Origin: a virus | Lineage: Duplodnaviria > Caudoviricetes | Length of the DNA: 54,348 bases | Virus record (IMG/VR): IMGVR_UViG_3300017963_000320 | Coordinates: 1 to 54,348 of that record | Direction: 5' to 3' (one strand) | Shown here: positions 47,911 to 54,348 of the stretch, piece by piece | How the letters are laid out: the number at the start of each line of letters is the position of its first letter | Position numbering within the stretch: the stretch's first letter is position 1 | The notes under the pieces: model-generated | Seen by the model: the letters and a program-made list of their open reading frames with translations, nothing else | Told to the model about the DNA's origin: nothing | Databases searched by the model: none | Program-made: the position numbers and the translations under genes

Positions 47911-48603
47911 ATGGCAAATATAAAAATAGCAAAAGTTGGTGCATGTAATAACGATGCAGTTTTATATAATGGGAATTGTTACAAGTTCCTTCAGGAAAGC
48001 CCCGATCCACCTGACACAACACCTGCAAGCATTCATGATGATTGCGAAGATTGCAAATGTGACAATGCAGTGAGCGTTGAATATTCAAGTTGCGAATGTG
48101 GCGATTCAATTTTTGTTGATCCTGCTGTGCTTTCAGGATTAACACCACCACCACCTGTGATTGAAATTTCAACAGTCTGTTATCAATATGTGGAATGTTC
48201 ACAGACAGCAATTGATACATTTTCAATTGATTCAGAACCAGCAACATGTGATGATTCTGTCTGTGCAGATGTATTCACATGTCCTGTTGATTGCTCAAGT
48301 TGTTCGTGGCCATTAAGTATTTTCATATCAGGAATTACAGGAAGTGCTTCCTGCACAAGCCATAATACATTTTTTAATTTTAGCTCACAGCCTTCATCAT
48401 GCGTCAGGCGTTATCAAAATTTTCTTGGAACAGTTTTTGTCGATGTTCAATGTGTTGGAACAAAATGGCAGGTTGTCGATATTCTTGGATTAGGTTTGAT
48501 TTGGGAAGCAGACAATGTTTGTGGTTGTCCACCAACAGGCATTTTTTATAATTTAGTTTCAACAGGTTCATGTGGGGGAACTCCGACATGTCAGGTCTTT
48601 TAA
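47911..48603 (+). CDS. Cys-rich tail-tip protein 3
   Basis: N-terminus similar to protein 2; shared module; unique C-terminal domain. Confidence 0.7.
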   Translation: MANIKIAKVGACNNDAVLYNGNCYKFLQESPDPPDTTPASIHDDCEDCKCDNAVSVEYSSCECGDSIFVDPAVLSGLTPPPPVIEISTVCYQYVECSQTAIDTFSIDSEPATCDDSVCADVFTCPVDCSSCSWPLSIFISGITGSASCTSHNTFFNFSSQPSSCVRRYQNFLGTVFVDVQCVGTKWQVVDILGLGLIWEADNVCGCPPTGIFYNLVSTGSCGGTPTCQVF

Positions 48604-48619
48604 TTGAAAGGAAAAAATA

Positions 48620-49126
48620 ATGAAACCCAAATTCACAGAAAGTTATATTTGCAGAAGCAATCAGAATTGCATGAATTGCAGGTTTTCCCCTATTCGGGAA
48701 AAGTGGTTTGGAATGTATGAAGTTCCTGAAAATATTCGTGAAGAATGTGCAAGGGGAAAAACAATTGATCAAATCAAAGAAGAACATGCAAATGTTCAGA
48801 AAATGAGAAAAGAAAACCCTGAATTGCCAAGCCTGATTCAAAGGGCATGGAACTATTCACAGTTTTTGAAGCGTGAAGCAATTGCAAAAGCTAATGGTGA
48901 AGAAACAACTGTTTCACAGGAAGTCTTTGAAGAAAGGCTGAAAATTTGTCAAGCAAATAAATGTGGCAAACTAAATATAAAAGAACATGATGATGGTCAA
49001 GGTGGAATCTTGGAAACATTCACATGTTCACATCAAAGCTGTGGATGCAATCTGTTAAGCAAGTTATGGAAAACAGTTGAATCATGTCCAATGGATGAAT
49101 GGCAATCCACACAAGGAAATGGATGA
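48620..49126 (+). CDS. Cys-rich protein, possible fibre assembly factor
   Basis: ERLKICQ..C...C....CGC.L..K......CP...W. Confidence 0.55.
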   Translation: MKPKFTESYICRSNQNCMNCRFSPIREKWFGMYEVPENIREECARGKTIDQIKEEHANVQKMRKENPELPSLIQRAWNYSQFLKREAIAKANGEETTVSQEVFEERLKICQANKCGKLNIKEHDDGQGGILETFTCSHQSCGCNLLSKLWKTVESCPMDEWQSTQGNG

Positions 49127-49461
49127 TGAATTATGAATACAGAGCATTGTGTGTGAAAGTCTACGATGGTGACACCATCACCTGTGACATTGATCTTGGA
49201 TTTTATATCACACTGAGAAAGCAAACAATCAGGTTGCTAAGTATTGACACCCCTGAAATTCGTGGTGATGAAAGACCTGAAGGATTGATTGCAAAAGATT
49301 GGCTTGCTGAACAAATCCTGAACAAGGAAGTTGTTCTGCACACACTGAAAGACAAACGAGGGAAATACGGACGCTGGCTTGCAGATGTTTACCTGCCTGA
49401 ATCTGACATTTCCCTGAACAAAACAATGCTTGATTTGGGCATTGCCAAAAAATACCAATAG
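49123..49461 (+). CDS. Thermonuclease (SNase) family protein
   Basis: VKVYDGDTI, IRL..IDTPE, GKYGRWLADVY. Confidence 0.9.
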   Translation: MMNYEYRALCVKVYDGDTITCDIDLGFYITLRKQTIRLLSIDTPEIRGDERPEGLIAKDWLAEQILNKEVVLHTLKDKRGKYGRWLADVYLPESDISLNKTMLDLGIAKKYQ

Positions 49462-49473
49462 GAGAAAAAAGAA

Positions 49474-50157
49474 ATGAAACAAGCAATTTATCTGATCATG
49501 TGTTGTCTGCTGTTTGCAGGATGCTTGACAATAAATGATGATGAAAGCAAGAAGGATGAAGTCACAACCAAAGAAGGGATTGTTCAACTTGATCCAAATA
49601 AAACCTACACAGCAGATGAAGTGAAAGCAATCAAGCAAAAACAGGCACTTGCTTTTGATCAGGAAATCTTGAACAGGAAACTTGAATCAGACAAGGACAC
49701 AAGAACAGTTCTGCGAAGGGTGCAATATCTGTGCGGTCTTATTCTACTAATATCAGCGATTGCTTTTTGGAAAGCACCTTCGTCAAATGCTAAACGATGG
49801 GCAATAGGTGGTGCAGTTGGATCAGTCTTTGCTTTGATGGTATGTGCAACCTGTTCTTTCTTTCTTGATTGGATCAGGTGGATCATGCTCGGCTTGCTTT
49901 TAAGTGCAATTATCACTGCTGTTGGTTTTGCTGTTCTTTGGATCAGGAAAAACTATGCATTCAAGACTGTCACCAAGTCAGCACAGAAACACATTGACGC
50001 TGATCCTGAAGGATGGAATGATCTTGTTGAAAGTGGCAAGATTGATCACGATGAAGATGTGAAGAAACAGGTGAAGGATGCAAAGAAACAAATTGAAGCA
50101 GACAACACCAAAGAAAAGAAAGCAAAACTGAAGGAAAGCATCAAAGAATTGAAATGA
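49474..50157 (+). CDS. Lipoprotein with several TM helices (lysis/spanin-like?)
   Basis: Lipobox LFAG-C; about three downstream hydrophobic segments. Confidence 0.6.
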   Translation: MKQAIYLIMCCLLFAGCLTINDDESKKDEVTTKEGIVQLDPNKTYTADEVKAIKQKQALAFDQEILNRKLESDKDTRTVLRRVQYLCGLILLISAIAFWKAPSSNAKRWAIGGAVGSVFALMVCATCSFFLDWIRWIMLGLLLSAIITAVGFAVLWIRKNYAFKTVTKSAQKHIDADPEGWNDLVESGKIDHDEDVKKQVKDAKKQIEADNTKEKKAKLKESIKELK

Positions 50158-50783
50158 TTCACCTTTGCACAGTTCAGCACACAGGAACTTGGTTTCTGAT
50201 CAGGTTCCTGTATAAACACCCTGAAGTTCATGACTACATCATTGAATGGACATTGCGACATCAATTAAGCAAATGCACACTTGATGAAACAAAAAGGAAC
50301 ATCTTTCATTGTCATGCACCTGCAAAAGACAGTGCATATTTTCACATCTTGGAATCCCTGATGAAAACAAACAAGGTTGTGATGACAGTTCGTGATCCAA
50401 TTTTAGCACTGACAACTCGGCACACAAGGCATCCTGAAATGGATCACACTTTCATCTTGAAAGGGTTTCTTCAAATGCATGAATGGGCAGACAATGAAAA
50501 TGTTTTCTTTTTCAACATTCATGATCAAAGGGAAGAACAGTTGATTGCACTTCTTGAGTTTTTAGGATTGGAAATTGACTGTGAACTGATCAGTGAATAC
50601 GAAAACAATTGGCAAGCAGAAAACACAACACAGGGAAGGAACATCTTGAAAACCCTTTATCTTGAACATGGGATTGATGGCATCAGGCACAAGCTGTCAG
50701 ATGAAATTGAATTCCTTGAAAAATATCAAGATAAAATTCAGGGTTTCATGGAAAGGTTTGTCAGATTGTCTTGGTTTTCTTGA
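50154..50783 (+). CDS. Second sulfotransferase-fold protein
   Basis: TVQHTGTWFL (PSB-like), VVMTVRDP..AL.T (3'-PB-like), LLEFLGL. Confidence 0.6.
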   Translation: MIHLCTVQHTGTWFLIRFLYKHPEVHDYIIEWTLRHQLSKCTLDETKRNIFHCHAPAKDSAYFHILESLMKTNKVVMTVRDPILALTTRHTRHPEMDHTFILKGFLQMHEWADNENVFFFNIHDQREEQLIALLEFLGLEIDCELISEYENNWQAENTTQGRNILKTLYLEHGIDGIRHKLSDEIEFLEKYQDKIQGFMERFVRLSWFS

Positions 50784-50832
50784 CAAATTAAAGAAAAAAT
50801 GCAATTTGCGATAAAATGGAATATATTAAAAA

Positions 50833-51252
50833 ATGAGCGATGATATAACAACAGAAAAAGAAGGCAACAGAAAAATGTCAACAAAAGAATGGTGGATTGG
50901 AATTCTTGCCCTTGTCTTCACAGGCATTGGATTGATTTTCAGTATGTGGCAGACATCAATTGAAAATGCAAAAGAGAATCAGAAAACCCGATCCATTGTT
51001 CAGGATTTGAAAGAAGACTTTGAACAGTACAAGCAGATCACTGACAAAAGCCTTGCACATCTGTCTTCCAAGCATCATGAACATTCTGCAATGGCAGGAC
51101 ACCCGATCACACAGGAAAGGATTCTGCAAAATCAGAAATTGCTTGAAAAGATGGAACAAGTCATCACAAAAGATGTGCCACAGATCAAAGCTGAAATCAT
51201 GCTGTTGCGTGCTGTCACCATGCCAAAGACATCACCTTCACCTGTGCCATAA
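50833..51252 (+). CDS. Single-TM coiled-coil membrane protein (holin/i-spanin-like?)
   Basis: WWIGILALVFTGIGLIFSMW followed by a coiled coil. Confidence 0.55.
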   Translation: MSDDITTEKEGNRKMSTKEWWIGILALVFTGIGLIFSMWQTSIENAKENQKTRSIVQDLKEDFEQYKQITDKSLAHLSSKHHEHSAMAGHPITQERILQNQKLLEKMEQVITKDVPQIKAEIMLLRAVTMPKTSPSPVP

Positions 51253-51413
51253 GATTTCAAGGTCACTGTGAATTCTGCTTCGGGTTCATGGTTGAATGAC
51301 TGCCCTTCTTGATGCAAAATAAAGCATCCTGAAGGGTTTTTTCTTTTCAGGGGTGTCAGTGGTGGGTTTTGCTGGCAAAGTGCAGGAGAATCAAAGGAAT
51401 CACCATTCAGTGC

Positions 51414-51445
51414 AAAAAAAAGCCCTGCCGGAGGCTTGGCAGGGC
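51414..51445 (-). terminator. Terminator-like hairpin oriented for minus-strand transcription
   Basis: A8 then GCCCTGCC-GGAGGCTT-GGCAGGGC. Confidence 0.55.
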
Positions 51446-51594
51446 AACAAGGAGGCGTATTCAGTGGCTCTTGCAGGAGAAAAGGAGGCATGGCATTACA
51501 AAAACCACAATCAAAACTGTCATTTCAGGTTCAGAAAGCAAGGAAATTGCAAAAAAACCCTGAAAAAATCTATATTTTCCCTGATTTTCTGCCC

Positions 51595-51726
51595 TTTTCC
51601 CTTTAGTTTTCTTCTTGTTTTTAATTTATTTATAAAAAAATAAAGGGAAATTTTGAGGCTAATTTGCAAAAAAAACCATTTTTTTTTCAAATATTCACTT
51701 GCAAATGTATAGATAAAATCTATCTT
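51595..51726 (+). promoter_or_regulatory. Early promoter, copy 3
   Basis: Same 20-bp box (51595-51614), second box inverted (TTTTGAGGCTAA at 51651), TTGCAA-N16-TATCTT with operator at 51709-51723. Confidence 0.8.
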
Positions 51727-51753
51727 TCCTTAACAACCAAAGGAGAATCCAAA

Positions 51754-52062
51754 ATGACTAAGCAAGCCACAACCACAGAAAACCTTGAAATGACCATGCA
51801 GGAAATTGTTGCTGTTGGTTTAATTCTGAATGCTCAAAGAACTGCTGAAACAACTGTTGCAGATATCAGGGCAGAACTTGACAGCATGAACCCTGACAAG
51901 GTTGTTTATGCAGTCAGCAGATTTCGCAGGGATGCTTGCAACATTGAACAGGCAACTGAATCTTCAAAGCCATTTGGAAAATCAGGTCAACCATACCAGC
52001 CAAGAACCACCAAACCACACACACCAAGCAAACGTGAACAGTGCAACTACGGGCAGGCATAA
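51754..52062 (+). CDS. Hypothetical early protein
   Basis: AAAGGAGAATCCAAAATG leader. Confidence 0.7.
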   Translation: MTKQATTTENLEMTMQEIVAVGLILNAQRTAETTVADIRAELDSMNPDKVVYAVSRFRRDACNIEQATESSKPFGKSGQPYQPRTTKPHTPSKREQCNYGQA

Positions 52063-52087
52063 AGCCTGTCTGAAAGGAGAATCAAAA

Positions 52088-52357
52088 ATGACTAAGCAAA
52101 CAAACAACATTGAAGAAACTGCTGAAGAAACTGCCACAAATTATAACAAAGGAAGAAAGATGCATCCATCATCGGGGATCATTCATACCCTGATTTATTC
52201 CGATGAATCTTCAAAGGTTCATTTCCAAGAGCTTGCAAATGGAAAAGTGCTTGTTGCCTTCAGTCAAGTGGAAGGAACTCTTGAAATGGCAAAAGATGTT
52301 GCTCGCAATATTTGGAAAAAAACCCTGAAAAATAATGATTGGCAGATTGCCAAATAA
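52088..52357 (+). CDS. Hypothetical early protein
   Basis: Hairpin plus RBS. Confidence 0.7.
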   Translation: MTKQTNNIEETAEETATNYNKGRKMHPSSGIIHTLIYSDESSKVHFQELANGKVLVAFSQVEGTLEMAKDVARNIWKKTLKNNDWQIAK

Positions 52358-52414
52358 ATAAATAATCAACCAAAGGTGCAGGGGAAACCCTGCACCACTA
52401 AAGGAGAATCAAAA

Positions 52415-52888
52415 ATGAAAGTTTCAAACAAAAGAATCACAGCAAATCAATTTGCAAAGTTCCTGATTGGAAAATCCCTGAAGCACCTTGCAGATCAGGT
52501 TGAAGTTGAAAATCAAATGTTTTGGCTGGACAAGCACCCTTCAGAAAAGGAACTTGCAGAAATCAAAAGACACCTGAACAAACACATTGAAGGAATATTT
52601 TCACAAAGAAAGATCACTGCACCCTTTGAAGAAATTGATCAATGCTTTGATGGTGTTGAAGAACCAGCAGTTGAAATTCCTGTTCTTGATGATGATGACA
52701 TCAGGGAAGAAGATTGCTGTCAGGATTCAGCAGATGGTTTCATCAGGGATTTGATGCCACAGAAAAAAGCCAAGAAAGAAAAGGTGAACTGCTGGAACTG
52801 TGGCATTGAATTGTTGAACAGCAGTGATACAAACCTTTGCAAGGGATGCAAGGAAACAGAAGAATTCATTGATGAAGTGATGAAGTGA
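52415..52888 (+). CDS. Hypothetical early protein with C-terminal Zn finger
   Basis: Hairpin plus RBS; CWNC...CKGC. Confidence 0.7.
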   Translation: MKVSNKRITANQFAKFLIGKSLKHLADQVEVENQMFWLDKHPSEKELAEIKRHLNKHIEGIFSQRKITAPFEEIDQCFDGVEEPAVEIPVLDDDDIREEDCCQDSADGFIRDLMPQKKAKKEKVNCWNCGIELLNSSDTNLCKGCKETEEFIDEVMK

Positions 52889-52912
52889 TCCTGAAGAAAG
52901 GAGAAGAATAAA

Positions 52913-53134
52913 ATGAAAAGAAGCAAGAAATGGTATCGGGCAAAATTCTCAAATGAATCCTTTAGAAGTTTGCTGAATCGGGCAATCCGCAGAACAAAAG
53001 AAGCACCATCCAAAGTTGAAGCAAAATCAGTTTGGCTTGATGAAACAGCTTTCTTTGGGAAAGGGGCAACACCTGATCAGATTTCAGAAATCATTGAAGC
53101 TGAAAAAGAACTTGAATCAAATGGCATCATTTAG
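52913..53134 (+). CDS. Hypothetical protein
   Basis: AAAGGAGA RBS. Confidence 0.65.
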   Translation: MKRSKKWYRAKFSNESFRSLLNRAIRRTKEAPSKVEAKSVWLDETAFFGKGATPDQISEIIEAEKELESNGII

Positions 53135-53146
53135 GAGAATTAAAAA

Positions 53147-53296
53147 ATGCCACAAATGAAAAAGACAAAGGAAAAAGGCAAGTGCTTTTGGTGCAACACA
53201 CCAACAGACTTTGCAAGCCTGATTCATGGAATGGTTGAATGTAAAAAGTGCTATGAAAAGAAACATGGCAAAATCAAAAAGGAGAATAGAAAATGA
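53147..53296 (+). CDS. 49-aa Zn-finger peptide (not in the ORF track)
   Basis: AGGAGAAT RBS; CFWC...CKKC by hand translation. Confidence 0.6.
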   Translation: MPQMKKTKEKGKCFWCNTPTDFASLIHGMVECKKCYEKKHGKIKKENRK

Positions 53297-53418
53297 CATT
53301 GCAAGAATTTGGATCAGTCCTTGCAGGTGCAATGGTGCTTGCTGGATCAATAACCTTTTGGACAAACTATGTTTTCCAAAGCATGTGTGAACAAGAAGAC
53401 AAGGAGAAAAAGAAATGA
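53293..53418 (+). CDS. 41-aa membrane peptide (not in the ORF track)
   Basis: AAGGAGAAT RBS; MTLQEFGSVLAGAMVLAGSITFWTNYVF... Confidence 0.55.
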   Translation: MTLQEFGSVLAGAMVLAGSITFWTNYVFQSMCEQEDKEKKK

Positions 53419-53657
53419 TTGTGTGCATCAAATGCAAAAAAGAAATGCCTGCTGTCAAGAATGGTGTTCAACTGCATTACGGTCATGGACACTGTTATGC
53501 ATCAGACATGTTTGAATGCCCATCCTGCCATTGCCAAATTGCAAACGCCAATAATCAAGCATGGCAATCTAAGCAATGGGAAGGAAAAGAAGAATCTGAT
53601 GTGTGGATTGAAATGCACAAAGGCAACAATGAAAAAGGAGAATCTGAAAATGAATAA
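53415..53657 (+). CDS. Zn-ribbon hypothetical protein
   Basis: CIKC...CPSC. Confidence 0.65.
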   Translation: MIVCIKCKKEMPAVKNGVQLHYGHGHCYASDMFECPSCHCQIANANNQAWQSKQWEGKEESDVWIEMHKGNNEKGESENE

Positions 53658-54348
53658 AGAAGAAATTACAACAGCACTGATTGCATCTGTTCCAAGCAAT
53701 GTGTTTGCAGATAAAGAAAGCATGAATGTTTTGCTGAATCAAATTGAAGCAATGGCAGAATTTGAAGGTGAAGAATTCTCTGACTTGGATGATCCAAAAG
53801 TCAGGGATCAAATCAAATCACTTGCATACAAAGTCAGCAGGACAAAAACCTTCATTGATGCAGAAGGAAAAAAACTTGTTGATGAATTAAAAGCAAGATG
53901 CAAACCAATTGACAGTGCAAGGAAAACTGCAAGAGAATTTCTTGATGACCTGCGTGATGGAATCAAAAAGCCTGTCATTGAATGGGAAGAAAAAGATGCA
54001 AAAAGAGATTTGGAAGAAAGGAATGAAATTGATTCATTCAGGGAACTTTCAAATGCAGAAACCATTGATGAAGCAAATGAAAATCTTGCAGTGTTGCATG
54101 AATGGAATCCTGAAGAAAAAGAATGGCGTGATGATTTCAGAAAAGATGAAGCAGTCAATGCAAAGCAGAAAACAATTGACAGTTTGAAAAAGATCATTGA
54201 CAACCTTCAAGCCATTGCAAAACAGAAAGCTGAAAAGGAAGCATTTGAAAAAGAGAAAGCAGAACACGAAAAAGAAATGGCAGAATTCAAAGCATGGAAG
54301 GAACAACAGGAAAAGGAAAAGGAACCTGCAAAAGAAAAACTGATCCTG
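53650..54348 (+). CDS. 5' part of the coiled-coil phage protein (family often labelled TolA-like); continues at 124-405
   Basis: AAGGAGAATC RBS; SLAYKVSRTKTFID..GK.LV.ELK...IDSARK..R..LD.LRD...P..EWE. Confidence 0.8.
   Translation, partial: MNKEEITTALIASVPSNVFADKESMNVLLNQIEAMAEFEGEEFSDLDDPKVRDQIKSLAYKVSRTKTFIDAEGKKLVDELKARCKPIDSARKTAREFLDDLRDGIKKPVIEWEEKDAKRDLEERNEIDSFRELSNAETIDEANENLAVLHEWNPEEKEWRDDFRKDEAVNAKQKTIDSLKKIIDNLQAIAKQKAEKEAFEKEKAEHEKEMAEFKAWKEQQEKEKEPAKEKLIL
54226..54348. repeat. Terminal direct repeat (identical to 1-123)
   Basis: Exact match by eye. Confidence 0.95.

Noticed and set aside
46420-48603. Diversity-generating retroelement or shufflon acting on the tail tips
   Set aside because: No reverse transcriptase or invertase; the repeats are direct and coding, and I saw no adenine-specific TR/VR pattern
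54226-54348. Terminal repeat as a biological direct terminal repeat
   Set aside because: It falls mid-gene and its length is typical of an assembler overlap; it shows circularity, not the physical ends

Overview
This window looks like a complete, circularly permuted dsDNA tailed phage genome of siphovirus type (54,225 bp unique). A 123-nt direct terminal overlap (1-123 = 54226-54348) closes the circle, and one gene spans the junction. Every credible gene is on the + strand. I see no integrase, CI-like repressor, tRNA, CRISPR array or recognisable endolysin. Layout: early/replication genes with an initiator carrying iterons, DnaB and NinG (51.7 kb through the junction to about 7.4 kb); HNH, a ParB-like gene and a GREB1/TAGT-like glycosyltransferase; terminase; an 11-kb block of early genes between terminase and portal (amidoligase, GGCT, DUF932, APS kinase); head module (DUF1073-type portal, MuF-collagen-foldon fusion, putative fibre paralogues, protease/scaffold, encapsulin-like HK97 capsid); a glycosyltransferase/methyltransferase/sulfotransferase cassette after the capsid gene; neck and tail genes with a -1 frameshift; three Cys-rich tail-tip paralogues; then a nuclease, a lipoprotein, a second sulfotransferase and a membrane protein. 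Best candidates for new biology: (1) a PAPS-fuelled glycosylation/sulfation pathway (CysC, two sulfotransferases, several glycosyltransferase domains) that may put a sulfated glycan on the virion; (2) a tail-tube paralogue with a Tat-like signal peptide among non-structural genes; (3) a palindromic operator ATAGAT-N3-ATCTAT shared by three near-identical early promoters and other intergenic sites. All functional calls come from reading motifs by eye; no database searches were run.
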